Virus record (IMG/VR): IMGVR_UViG_3300031949_000043
Span: 1 to 57,070 of that record
DNA: 57,070 nt
Reading direction: 5' to 3' (one strand)
Source of the DNA: a virus
Lineage: Duplodnaviria; Caudoviricetes
Shown here: positions 1 through 9,174 of the stretch, in pieces
How the letters are laid out: each line of letters opens with the position of its first letter
Position numbering within the stretch: position 1 is the first letter of the stretch
The notes under the pieces: model-generated
The model's input: only the letters and a program-made list of their open reading frames with translations
Database searches by the model: none
What the model was told of the DNA's origin: nothing
Position numbers and translations under genes: made by a program

Positions 1-1
1 C

Positions 2-523
2 GATTGGGAGTACAAGCAGTCCGATCAGCGGGAGTGGCATGTGCCGTGCCCATATTGCAGGGAATTCCAGATCCTCGATTGGTGGTCGCACTTCGTCGAA
101 GAAAAGAAGAACAAGTTTGGTGCGATCACGAGCGTGGAAATCCGCGACAAGGAGCGGCGGCAGCGTGGCATCCTCGAATACCGGCCGCTCTGCACGAACT
201 GCCAGATGCCAATGGACCGTCTGTCTAGGCAAGGCAAATGGGTGAAACTGGCTCCCAGCAACAAGCTTGTTGCCGGATTCCGCAAATCAAACCTCGTGGT
301 TCCCACAACCAAGATGTGGGAATTGTTCGACCACTACCGGAAGGGATTGCACGATCCGGGGGCGATGGCCAAATTTGTGAACAACCAGTTGGGCATGCCG
401 TATTCTGCATCCGGTTCGGGGATCGACGATGCGATGCTGCAAAGCGCATCGACCGGGCAAGCCTGCAAGATGCCCGCGTATCGGCTGATCCCCGCAGAGT
501 CGATGCAATGGAGGAGTTTGTGA
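2..523 (+). CDS. Terminase large subunit, lambda GpA type, C-terminal end of the ATPase part (5'-truncated by window edge)
   Basis: Frame is open from position 2 (DWEYKQSDQREWHVPCPYC...CTNC...GKWV...FVNNQLGMPY), matching the GpA-family SDQR-x-VPCPxC zinc finger and F-x-N-x-x-LG-x-PY motifs; stop at 521-523. Confidence 0.8.
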   Translation, partial: DWEYKQSDQREWHVPCPYCREFQILDWWSHFVEEKKNKFGAITSVEIRDKERRQRGILEYRPLCTNCQMPMDRLSRQGKWVKLAPSNKLVAGFRKSNLVVPTTKMWELFDHYRKGLHDPGAMAKFVNNQLGMPYSASGSGIDDAMLQSASTGQACKMPAYRLIPAESMQWRSL

Positions 524-723
524 GCGCCAATGATCCAGAATCGTTGATCGGCAAGTTGCCGGTCAAGCAGCGAGAGGTGGCTCGGGCCAAGATATTATCC
601 GCCCAGAAGTTCGGCTGGAACCATATCGATTTCATCGATGGCGTTGGCGAGCCGAACGAATGCGATCTTTGCGGCGTGAATCCGACGACCGGAGCGTTCG
701 ATTTTCTTCCTGACGTGGAGTGA
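520..723 (+). CDS. Hypothetical protein (67 aa)
   Basis: GGAGGAG RBS, GTGA overlap with the upstream stop and GTGA overlap with the next gene. Confidence 0.6.
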   Translation: MSANDPESLIGKLPVKQREVARAKILSAQKFGWNHIDFIDGVGEPNECDLCGVNPTTGAFDFLPDVE

Positions 724-1673
724 TTGATATGCCGATTCCACCAAGATCAAGACCCCCCGGTCCCCCTCCTCGTAGTATCGCACCCAAGTTTTCTGATGGC
801 AACGACACTTTCTGCACCGGCGCGAAGCGCGGATCGCAGGCGGGCAAGCCTCGTCCCGATCTGACCAGCCCATACGCTGCACTACGAAAGGGCGTTATCA
901 ACGCATACGGTGCCGAGCATTACGGCGACCGCAACTGGGAACGTGGCATGCAATTCTCTCGTGTGCTTGCGAGTATCGAGCGGCACCTGATGGCCTACAA
1001 GATGGGCCTCCAAGATGAGGATCATCTCGGGCAACTCGGTTGGAACGTGGATGCCCTGCTGCACTTCGAGGAAGTGGTCAAGCGTGGGCTGTTGCCCAAG
1101 GAATTGGATGACCTGCCGCGCTATGAAAGCGGTGTCACGAGTATCAGCGACGATCCGTTCCAGCAGCAGATGTACGATCGGCTGGTTGATTATGGATGCC
1201 TCGCGGACGTTGCTCGCGTGATCGCATTGGGAATCTCCGTACCCGAGCACGCCGACGCGCCAGCGCATATGGTCTATATTTCCGGGCGCATGCGCGGGGT
1301 TGACCAATTGAATTTCCCGGCCTTCGATGCGGCGCGGGACCGATTCCTGCGGCAAGGCTGGTATGTGATCAGCCCAGCGGACATAGATCGCATTGCTGGC
1401 GGATCTCCACATCATACGGATGAACAGTTGTTGCCGACGACCGACTACGCCTACCGGGATTTCTTCGCCCTCTATCTGGTCGCCGATACGAGCGTTGGTG
1501 CCGTGGCCATGCTTCCGCAATGGGAGGGCGGCGTGGGGGCACCCGCGGAATTCTTTATCTCCCGATGGACCGGGTTGATGCTCCTTGATGCATTGACCTG
1601 CAAGCCGCTGTCAACATTCAACTGGGGGATGCTCCGGCGGGCCATAGAAAAGTCGCTGTCGCGAGCGTCTTAG
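720..1673 (+). CDS. dATP/dGTP diphosphohydrolase-like (DUF5664) domain fused to DUF4406 (nucleoside deoxyribosyltransferase-like) domain
   Basis: N-term GAKR..GKPRPDL...YGAEHYGDRNWERGM...RHL...EDHLG; C-term VYISGRMRG..LNFPAF...VISPA...MLPQWEGGVGA.AE. Confidence 0.8.
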   Translation: MIDMPIPPRSRPPGPPPRSIAPKFSDGNDTFCTGAKRGSQAGKPRPDLTSPYAALRKGVINAYGAEHYGDRNWERGMQFSRVLASIERHLMAYKMGLQDEDHLGQLGWNVDALLHFEEVVKRGLLPKELDDLPRYESGVTSISDDPFQQQMYDRLVDYGCLADVARVIALGISVPEHADAPAHMVYISGRMRGVDQLNFPAFDAARDRFLRQGWYVISPADIDRIAGGSPHHTDEQLLPTTDYAYRDFFALYLVADTSVGAVAMLPQWEGGVGAPAEFFISRWTGLMLLDALTCKPLSTFNWGMLRRAIEKSLSRAS

Positions 1674-1679
1674 CACACG

Positions 1680-2423
1680 GTGATCCCGCGATTCCATCCC
1701 GGAAGCATGGCGCTCCCACTGAGCATGGTGAAAGCACCGACGTTCTGCGGAATCGATGTAAAACCCAGCGAACTCGATGTGATCATCGGCGACTGCCATC
1801 CGGCTTCCAATTTCGATCCGTTCGCGCCCGCCCATGTGATCCGTCCAGTGTTCATCGGCAAGGTCCACGACGAGCACGAGGCGTTGTTCATGCTACAGCA
1901 GTACCGACCGCGCCTGACATTGGCCGATGCCCGACCGGATACCAGCATGGCCGAACGACTTCAGCGCATGGCCGAAAAAGTCGGCTTGGTCGTCTGGCGA
2001 GCGCAGTACCACACGCAGCCGGGCGGCACCGTGGAGATGACCAAGAACGACAAGGAAAACTTGGTCACACTCGAACGGACGATGACGCTGGATCACGTAT
2101 TGCACGCCTTCCAGACCGGCCAGTCGGTGATACTTCCGCAGAATTATCGGCATATCACCGAGGGACGATTCGCCCGGCAGATGACCAATAGCGTACGCAC
2201 CTATTTTCGCACCGGCGCTGGCCGTGATGTGTGGATCTGGGAAAAGCAGGGGGAAGACGATGCGTTGCATTCGTTCAACCTGATGCTTACCGCCTATCGC
2301 ATGAGCGATATTTCCGGCTGGTCGAGCATAGAAACGATGGGCGCTACCAAGGGCATCGTGGAATCAACGCTGGAAGAGAATTTTTCGATCGAGCGCGATT
2401 TCGGGATTTTTTACGAGTCGTGA
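1680..2423 (+). CDS. Terminase large subunit, GpA-type nuclease domain (separate ORF)
   Basis: RNase H-like first strand FCGIDV, LADARPD, LERTMTLD and C-terminal W....GEDDALHSFN; continues where ORF 2..523 stops. Confidence 0.7.
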   Translation: MIPRFHPGSMALPLSMVKAPTFCGIDVKPSELDVIIGDCHPASNFDPFAPAHVIRPVFIGKVHDEHEALFMLQQYRPRLTLADARPDTSMAERLQRMAEKVGLVVWRAQYHTQPGGTVEMTKNDKENLVTLERTMTLDHVLHAFQTGQSVILPQNYRHITEGRFARQMTNSVRTYFRTGAGRDVWIWEKQGEDDALHSFNLMLTAYRMSDISGWSSIETMGATKGIVESTLEENFSIERDFGIFYES

Positions 2424-2425
2424 GG

Positions 2426-2635
2426 ATGGACCACACCGCTTTCTTCATGCCGTCAATCGAGGGGGGCACGGCCGTCACCGCGCATGAATGGGTGGGTGAA
2501 CATATCTACATGTTCCACGGCATACTGCACACGCCCCGGGATTGGATCGTGTACGAAGCATGGGACCGACTGGTACGCCGGGCGCGGGACGCCCGGGATC
2601 AAAAACCAGCGAATTTTCCGGCAAATCCGTCTTAG
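2426..2635 (+). CDS. Hypothetical protein
   Basis: ATG 2 nt after the terminase-nuclease stop; fills the gap. Confidence 0.4.
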   Translation: MDHTAFFMPSIEGGTAVTAHEWVGEHIYMFHGILHTPRDWIVYEAWDRLVRRARDARDQKPANFPANPS

Positions 2636-2799
2636 CCGAGCGTTGTAATGCCATCAATGCCAGTCATTCACGCCACGACGACCACAAGGGTGCGGCGGCG
2701 CGTTTGGATCCCATCGACCCATCTTGGACTCCGAACCGAAGTTGGCGGATGGCGGTGTCTCGGCCAGATCGCGGGGAGCCGCGGAAAAGCGAGCGTAGG

Positions 2800-3642
2800 A
2801 TGAGCAGAAAATCAGCCAAGGTTATCCGCAACGTGATAGTCGTCTCCGACACCCATTGCGGTTGCCGGCTTGGCCTCTGTCATCCCGATGGGGCCGCGTT
2901 GGACGACGGAGGCGTCTATCAGCCAAGTTCCGTCCAGAAAAAATTGTGGGTCATGTGGGATTCATTCTGGGGCGAGTGGGTGCCGCGAGTAACCCACGGA
3001 GATCCGTACGCCGTGGTGCATAATGGGGACGCCATTGATGGCAGGCACCACGATAGCACAACGCAGATCAGCCAGAACATCGAAGATCAGAGCGAATTGG
3101 CGTACCAAATCCTCAAACCCGTCGTCGAATTATGCGAGGGACGATATTTCCACATCCGCGGGACCGAATCACACGTTGGGCAGAGCGGCGTTTATGAGGA
3201 GCAGTTGGCGAAACGCCTTGGTGCGATACCCAACGAGTTTGGACAACACGCGCGCTGGGAACTATGGAAACTTGTCAGCGACGGATTGGTGCATTTCTCA
3301 CACCACATCGGGACGACCGGCAGCAATGCCTACGAGTCCACTGCGGTCCACAAAGAACTGGTGGAGGCATTCAGTGAAGCCGGTCGCTGGCAGCAACGTC
3401 CTCCGGATGTAATTGTACGTTCGCATCGCCACCGATGCTTGGAAACTCGGATACCAAACGGCAATGGATATGCCACGTCATTCGTAACCGCCGGATTCCA
3501 ATTGAAAACGCCGTTCGCCTATCGCATTGCCGGTGCCCGTCAGGCTCAGCCACAGATCGGGGGAAGTCTCATCCGTCAGGGAGACGAGGAACTCCACACT
3601 CGTCACAAGGTATGGCAACTGGAACGACCAAAAGCGGAGTAG
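2800..3642 (+). CDS. Calcineurin-like metallophosphoesterase
   Basis: VVSDTHCG, HNGDAIDG, GTESH, HH, RSHRH motifs. Confidence 0.85.
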   Translation: MSRKSAKVIRNVIVVSDTHCGCRLGLCHPDGAALDDGGVYQPSSVQKKLWVMWDSFWGEWVPRVTHGDPYAVVHNGDAIDGRHHDSTTQISQNIEDQSELAYQILKPVVELCEGRYFHIRGTESHVGQSGVYEEQLAKRLGAIPNEFGQHARWELWKLVSDGLVHFSHHIGTTGSNAYESTAVHKELVEAFSEAGRWQQRPPDVIVRSHRHRCLETRIPNGNGYATSFVTAGFQLKTPFAYRIAGARQAQPQIGGSLIRQGDEELHTRHKVWQLERPKAE

Positions 3643-3920
3643 CCTCTATCACCGTCGATGAATGGGCCAAGGCGCTGGAGGAAGCCTATGGAAGAGGCGC
3701 TACGCCCAGCGGATTTACCTCCGCCGAGATCGCGGCGGCCACCGGGCACTCGGCGACCTTCGTGCGGATGAAACTCGGGCAGTTGATCGCATTGGGTGTG
3801 GCGCGGCTACAGGGCCACAAACGGATTACTTGCATCAACGGTCGATCGGCCCATGTTCCCTGTTATTCGCTGATCCCACGCGAGAAACGATCATCTAGTC
3901 GCGTCTTGTCCAAGCAATGA
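3612..3920 (+). CDS. Small winged-helix DNA-binding protein
   Basis: FTSAEIAAATGHSATFVRMKLGQL HTH-like segment followed by a wing; start codon uncertain; ATGA overlap with portal. Confidence 0.55.
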   Translation: MATGTTKSGVASITVDEWAKALEEAYGRGATPSGFTSAEIAAATGHSATFVRMKLGQLIALGVARLQGHKRITCINGRSAHVPCYSLIPREKRSSSRVLSKQ

Positions 3921-5713
3921 AGGCCGCAGATTTTAACCGCCGCAAGCAACTCGTTCGCGAGCACCTGCTGACACTCGAAGACTCTTCCGATTCCAAGGGG
4001 CTTGGTACGCTCCAGCATGCTTCGCAGACCCATTGCGTGACACTCAAGCAATTGCGCGATTTCCGGGATGCCAGGAGCGACACCTCACTCAGCAAAAGCC
4101 TGATCGCAACATGGGCGCAGTTGATCGGCTACGACTCGGACATTTCCACCGGCGACATCGACTCGGAGTCCCGAGAATTTGCCGACGACAACTACGGGCT
4201 GGGCCAGACCAAGCGGATGGCCCGGCTGGACCAATACGATGTGATGGAGATGGCTCGCCCGGAAGTCCGGAGTGCCATCGACTGCTGGGCCGACATGGTG
4301 GTCACTGGATCGGTCGGCGAAGACCGCTATGGCGGCGGGTTCGAGCCGCAGCCCGTGAGCACCAACGAGCGAGTGCGTCGGATGCTTTCGACTATCGCCG
4401 ATCGGATCAATAGCCGGGTATTGACCGACGACGAAAAGCACAATCTCGTGCGCGATATGACCAAATTCGGCAGCGAATTCGAGCAGGTTGGGATCGGCTT
4501 GGAAGATGGCGATCCGCATATCGTCCGGCTGGCCCCGATGGACATCAGGAGCATGCGCATCCTTCCCGATGCGACACCCGAACGGGCATACGCCAAGGTC
4601 CGTCCTGGCACAAACGCGATCGAAAAAGACTATCCGGCGTGGAAGATCGTGCATTTCGCTAACCGGATGAGCCGGCGGGATCTCTATGGACGTTCCGTGT
4701 TGGAATCATGCCTGCGGAGTTGGGTGCAAGTCGAGGCCATGGAATCCGGGATGATCACCCGCCGCCTAGACCGTGCGCCAATGCGGCTCAAGCACAAGAT
4801 CGATCTATCGTGGGCGACAACGCCGGAAGAGCGCCGGGCGGCTATCAAGGAATACCGGGAGGCCATAAAAAAGCGACGCGCCGTGGACTCCGATGGAAAG
4901 TTCCACAACCAGAAGATTAGCCCGCCAGCAGACGAGGATCTGATCGTCGCCGGGGGCAAGGATTCATTCGCGGACGTGGATGTATTGCAGGGCGATGCGC
5001 ATCTCGGCGAGATCGCGGATTTCCTGCATTTCTTCCACAAATTCTTGGCCGGCTTGGGTCCGCCCAAGGCGCATCTCGGCTACGAGTCGGACACCATGCG
5101 ATCGGTCATTACCGACCTGCACATTGTGTTCGCTCGCAAGGCCAGAAGGGTACAGCAAAAGTTCATTCAGGGACTAAACCACCTATATTGGATCGAATTG
5201 ATTCTCCGAGGGATCGACCCGCGTTCCCTGCGGTATGTAATTTTTCCTCCGGCACTTGGTACCCGAGATGAACTGGTGCGGGCGCAGGTGCATCTCACGC
5301 ATGCGCAGACGGTTCAATTTCTGGCCAAGAGTTTTTCGACCACCGGCAAGGTTCCTTCGATCGACTGGATGCTCAAGTATGTCATGCAATACGACGACGA
5401 AGCGATCGCGGCCTTGGATTTGACGCCCGTTGTGTCCACTGGCAAGGGCGGACGCGCCGGGAGTCGGAATGATGATGGTCCGGCGGTGCCGGTCGGCAGC
5501 CAAGAGCGGATGATCGACTCGATCATGTCGCAATCCGAATACGCCACGAACATCCGGTGGCTCCGGTTTCTGTTGGACGAACGGATCATGGCCAAGATGA
5601 CGCCCGAACAGTTGGAGCGACTGGGATATTCCTCGGTCCGCGCCTATCTCCCGAACTTCAACGTGGACGATGCGGCCAAGTCGTTGAGGGTCGACCTCAA
5701 GCCCGCTGCCTAA
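3917..5713 (+). CDS. Portal protein, T4 gp20-like
   Basis: 598 aa; KIVHFAN...YGRSVLES, RLDRAP.RLKHKIDL, EDLIV..G, HLGEIADF.HF..KFLAGLGPPK motifs; follows terminase. Confidence 0.85.
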   Translation: MKAADFNRRKQLVREHLLTLEDSSDSKGLGTLQHASQTHCVTLKQLRDFRDARSDTSLSKSLIATWAQLIGYDSDISTGDIDSESREFADDNYGLGQTKRMARLDQYDVMEMARPEVRSAIDCWADMVVTGSVGEDRYGGGFEPQPVSTNERVRRMLSTIADRINSRVLTDDEKHNLVRDMTKFGSEFEQVGIGLEDGDPHIVRLAPMDIRSMRILPDATPERAYAKVRPGTNAIEKDYPAWKIVHFANRMSRRDLYGRSVLESCLRSWVQVEAMESGMITRRLDRAPMRLKHKIDLSWATTPEERRAAIKEYREAIKKRRAVDSDGKFHNQKISPPADEDLIVAGGKDSFADVDVLQGDAHLGEIADFLHFFHKFLAGLGPPKAHLGYESDTMRSVITDLHIVFARKARRVQQKFIQGLNHLYWIELILRGIDPRSLRYVIFPPALGTRDELVRAQVHLTHAQTVQFLAKSFSTTGKVPSIDWMLKYVMQYDDEAIAALDLTPVVSTGKGGRAGSRNDDGPAVPVGSQERMIDSIMSQSEYATNIRWLRFLLDERIMAKMTPEQLERLGYSSVRAYLPNFNVDDAAKSLRVDLKPAA

Positions 5714-5768
5714 AAGTGAACGGCACTTCACGCGGCGCTGTATTCAATGTCCGATGCTCTACGAACCC

Positions 5769-5909
5769 ATGATCACCTTCAACGGCCCGCCCACGGCGCT
5801 CCAGATATGGATCATACTCGCCATGCTGTTGATCGTGATAGTCATGCTGTTCAGCGACTACCTCGGTAATTCCGAAGACAAATCGTCGGACGACGAAGAG
5901 GGCGTCTGA
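5769..5909 (+). CDS. Small single-pass membrane protein (46 aa)
   Basis: MITFNGPPTALQIWIILAMLLIVIVMLF hydrophobic stretch and acidic tail; TGATG coupling to the next gene. Confidence 0.5.
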   Translation: MITFNGPPTALQIWIILAMLLIVIVMLFSDYLGNSEDKSSDDEEGV

Positions 5910-6466
5910 TGCTGCTGGTGGAGCGGCAGAAGCTGACGATCACGGAGGCAAATCGACTGGCGGAATCCAACCTTGGACTCTGCCATAGCGCCGTGCGTCG
6001 GGCGACGGTTCCGTACTTCGTCGTAGGCAAGGATGACCAGTATCAGATCGCCCGCATGGCCATCGTCTTGGCTGCCAGAAACCACGATGAACGGCTTGCC
6101 AAATTCTCGACGCTCGCCGTTTTGGCAGCGGTTCGCGCCATCCGGGCATTCGGTGAATACGAGACTCGGGCGAAGCGCCGTGGAAATCTTTATGCGCGTG
6201 GGGGGGAGTCAACGGAACGATTGGCATCCGCCGACCATGTTGCGAGCCGTATCTCCGATCGAGAGATCGCCGAAGTCGCCATGGGATCGCTGGGCAAGAA
6301 CGAAAAACTGATCGTCCGCAGATACATCATGCAAGGGGAGACGCTGATGAACATCGGCAGGTCACTTGGGATAAGCCACGAAGGCGTACGCCAAATCGCC
6401 AAGCGTGCCATCAGTCGCATGCGCGCCGCAGTCGCAAAAGCGATGCGAACGGGGAAAGGGAAATGA
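5909..6466 (+). CDS. Sigma-70 family RNA polymerase sigma factor (regions 2 and 4)
   Basis: NLGL...DDQYQIARMAIVLAARNHD....KFSTLA (region 2); ETLMNIGRSLGISHEGVRQIAKRAISRMR (region 4.2). Confidence 0.8.
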   Translation: MLLVERQKLTITEANRLAESNLGLCHSAVRRATVPYFVVGKDDQYQIARMAIVLAARNHDERLAKFSTLAVLAAVRAIRAFGEYETRAKRRGNLYARGGESTERLASADHVASRISDREIAEVAMGSLGKNEKLIVRRYIMQGETLMNIGRSLGISHEGVRQIAKRAISRMRAAVAKAMRTGKGK

Positions 6467-7482
6467 ACGAACTGTGGATCGCTGGCTATCCCGGACTGCT
6501 CGGCGGTGCGAAAACAGAAACACTGCATATCGCCGGTTGTCTGTCATCGCATGGCGTCCAGTTACATTTCGTGCCCTACGAAGCGCCGGAGGATCCGCTG
6601 CGTAGGTATTGCGATTCCAAAGGCTGGCCAACTCACGGGAACGCCGACGACGTGTTCGCCGGAAAAACAGTCGCGGCGTGGAACGAAGGCCGGTTCCTGC
6701 TGAACCTGCCGAGTTACATGAAACACGGACCTCCAGCGAAGGTCATCTTCTTCAACTGTATGACCTTCACTAACCAATGGGAGATCGCATGCCACAAGCA
6801 GGGATGGATCGATCTATACGGATTTGTCAGCAATCACCAGAAAGCATTGCTTACCCATGCATTGTCGCCGCATGGACCGGTCAACGAGTTTTCTGGTTAC
6901 ATCCCGCATCTCAACCCAGATAACGACTTGCAACCATTTCGGTTCAAACCGGCACCACTGAACGACGAGTTCGTGATCGTCCGGGTTTCCCGCGACGATC
7001 CGACCAAGTACAGTGGCGACACCTTCCAGATGTACGACAAGATCGATACCGGACGACGAACGAAACGAGTCGTCCTGCTCGGGTACGGCCCGAAGTGCCG
7101 TGCCGCATTCGGCGATCCACCGGGGGATTTTTACGAGATATACGATCAAGGTTCGGTCCCGGTTCAATCCGTGTACGAACGGGCTCATTGTCTTGTCTAC
7201 GCACCCGGTGGCAGCGGGGAATCATTCGGGCGGTTCGTGCTCGAATGCTGGGCGTCGGGGGTTCCGGTGATAACCACGGATTCACACGCATTCCCAGAGT
7301 TGATCGAGGACTGTATCACCGGACTGCTGTGCCGTGACGCACTTGAAATGTCGTGCATGGCATCCGTATTGGCGTGCGACGAAAAAATGAGGCGGCGGTT
7401 GATCCAAGGTGGCTACGACAAACTCCGAACGCGATGGGCGGATTCTGATAAATGCTTTGAGCCATGGAAGGCCGTTCTGTAA
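6463..7482 (+). CDS. Glycosyltransferase, GT-B fold (GT4-like)
   Basis: GGAKTE near N-term; ESFGRFVLECWASGVPVITTD..FPELIED..TGLL (E-x7-E motif). Confidence 0.85.
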   Translation: MNELWIAGYPGLLGGAKTETLHIAGCLSSHGVQLHFVPYEAPEDPLRRYCDSKGWPTHGNADDVFAGKTVAAWNEGRFLLNLPSYMKHGPPAKVIFFNCMTFTNQWEIACHKQGWIDLYGFVSNHQKALLTHALSPHGPVNEFSGYIPHLNPDNDLQPFRFKPAPLNDEFVIVRVSRDDPTKYSGDTFQMYDKIDTGRRTKRVVLLGYGPKCRAAFGDPPGDFYEIYDQGSVPVQSVYERAHCLVYAPGGSGESFGRFVLECWASGVPVITTDSHAFPELIEDCITGLLCRDALEMSCMASVLACDEKMRRRLIQGGYDKLRTRWADSDKCFEPWKAVL

Positions 7483-7488
7483 ACAAGG

Positions 7489-8046
7489 ATGACGCCGACC
7501 CTTTCCATTCTGATCTGCTCGCTGGATCGCCGGAAGCATTTGTTGGACCGGCTGGTGGAGTGTCTCAGGCCGCAACTGTCGGAGGCCATCGAAGTGCTGG
7601 TGGAGACCGACGATGGTCTGATGACCATCGGGGAGAAACGCAACTTGCTGGTCAGCCGATCCAGCGGTCGATGGGTCTGCTTCGTCGACGACGACGATCT
7701 GGTGTCCGACGATTATTGCCCATCGATTCTCAAGGCGCTGGAATCCGAGCCGGATTGCGTCGGGTTCATCGGTCGCATCACGGTGGACGGGAACGAGCGG
7801 GTGTGGAAGCACTTCCATCATTCGATCAGGAATACAAGTTGGTTTGAAAAAAACGGTCATTTTTTTCGTTGCCCCAATCACCTTAATCCGATCCGCCGTG
7901 AACTGGTAGTCCAAGTGCCGTTCCCGCACAGGTCATTCGGCGAAGACCACGACTTCTCGCTGCGGATCTATCCGCTGCTCAAGTCTGAGGTATTCATTGA
8001 TAAGGTTCTCTACCGATATCTCTTTCGCAAGCAAAAGACGGTTTGA
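7489..8046 (+). CDS. Glycosyltransferase, GT-A (GT2-like)
   Basis: LSILICS, IGEKRN, FVDDDDLV, GEDHDF. Confidence 0.85.
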   Translation: MTPTLSILICSLDRRKHLLDRLVECLRPQLSEAIEVLVETDDGLMTIGEKRNLLVSRSSGRWVCFVDDDDLVSDDYCPSILKALESEPDCVGFIGRITVDGNERVWKHFHHSIRNTSWFEKNGHFFRCPNHLNPIRRELVVQVPFPHRSFGEDHDFSLRIYPLLKSEVFIDKVLYRYLFRKQKTV

Positions 8047-8049
8047 AAA

Positions 8050-8724
8050 ATGAGCAACGTCTTCGTCGTCCTCCCTACGGCCAACGTCGAACTCGCAGAA
8101 GAGAATCTCCGTATATGGCGAGATCACGGTTACAAGATAGCGCTGCTGATGAACGGTCCGGCTTACGGTCGGCATGTCGATGCCGAGTTCATTACGCACT
8201 CCGAGCGGTATCCCGGCTGGGGAGAATCGATTAACCGGCTGGCGCGGTCGGTTTTCGACGGTTATCCATCCGTCGATTGGATTGTGGGGGCTGGCGATGA
8301 TATGTGGCCGGACCCGGACGTATGCCCGGACAAGATCGCCAGCGAATGCACGGAGCATTTCATGGGGACGTTCGGGGTCATGCAGCCGTGCGGGGATACA
8401 TGGCTGGGAAATAGCGACAAAATCTGCGGGTCGCCATGGATCGGTCGTGAATTCGCCCGCCGCTGGAACGGTGGACATGGACCGTTCTGGCCGAGTTATC
8501 TGCATCTCTGGGCGGACACCGAGCTGCACCAGACGACCCATATGCTTGGTCGGCTTTGGAATCGCTACGACCTGACCCACGAACACCGTCATTTTCTCCG
8601 TGTCGGCTGTCAGCGTCCGCGTCCTCAGTACATGGAGCGGATTTATCTGAACGCCAATGCCGACCGTGCGTTATACATGCGCCGCGTCAGGGAAGGTTTT
8701 CCGGGACACGAGCCAGCAGCATGA
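8050..8724 (+). CDS. Putative GT-A glycosyltransferase
   Basis: VVLPT, GAGDDMWP, Y.HLWADTEL, HEH motifs within the GT operon. Confidence 0.7.
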   Translation: MSNVFVVLPTANVELAEENLRIWRDHGYKIALLMNGPAYGRHVDAEFITHSERYPGWGESINRLARSVFDGYPSVDWIVGAGDDMWPDPDVCPDKIASECTEHFMGTFGVMQPCGDTWLGNSDKICGSPWIGREFARRWNGGHGPFWPSYLHLWADTELHQTTHMLGRLWNRYDLTHEHRHFLRVGCQRPRPQYMERIYLNANADRALYMRRVREGFPGHEPAA

Positions 8725-8731
8725 GGTTGTC

Positions 8732-8950
8732 ATGATCGATATTAGCCGTCCGGCCTTTCCAAGCTCCAATCCCGTGAATTTCGTGCATGGCATGAGCATT
8801 CGTGATTATTTCGCGGCGCATGTGGCGGCCGGGATCGCCTCCGCTTCAATTGACCATGTTTCTAACGAATGCATTGCAAATACGGCATACAAGATCGCCG
8901 ACGAGATGCTCGTTGAGGGTGGGCACAAGAAACGGACTCAGGGGACGTGA
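8732..8950 (+). CDS. Small phage protein (GMS.RDYFAA family)
   Basis: PAFP...GMSIRDYFAA...AYKIADEML, a common phage small-protein motif. Confidence 0.7.
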   Translation: MIDISRPAFPSSNPVNFVHGMSIRDYFAAHVAAGIASASIDHVSNECIANTAYKIADEMLVEGGHKKRTQGT

Positions 8951-9174
8951 TCATGCCCATCTCACAGCGGGAATTTCTGGATGGAGAACACGCACGGTTC
9001 GGCAACGAAGCGATGCGGATGGGAGATACTCCGGAACGCCGTTGCGAATCTGGCCCATTGTGTCCGGCATGCGGTTCGGTGAACGTCGCTTCGATCCTGT
9101 GCGACGATGGCGGAGAGGATGAGGCGGCGCTCCTGTATTGCCGGGACTGCCGATTCAGGTGTGCGGCCCCATGA
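8947..9174 (+). CDS. Small zinc-ribbon protein
   Basis: CPACGS...CRDC; overlaps both neighbours by 4 nt. Confidence 0.5.
   Translation: MIMPISQREFLDGEHARFGNEAMRMGDTPERRCESGPLCPACGSVNVASILCDDGGEDEAALLYCRDCRFRCAAP

Noticed and set aside
720-1673. 2-aminoadenine (Z) genome system
   Set aside because: No PurZ or dedicated polymerase visible in the window; DUF5664 alone is insufficient.
524-1679. Self-splicing intron interrupting the terminase
   Set aside because: The interval is completely filled by two coupled protein genes with no room for a ribozyme core and no homing nuclease or maturase; not formally excluded without a covariance search.
2648-2803. 51-aa ORF or structured RNA upstream of the phosphoesterase
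   Set aside because: An ORF with ATGA overlap exists but has no RBS or motif, and no convincing RNA structure was seen; left unannotated.
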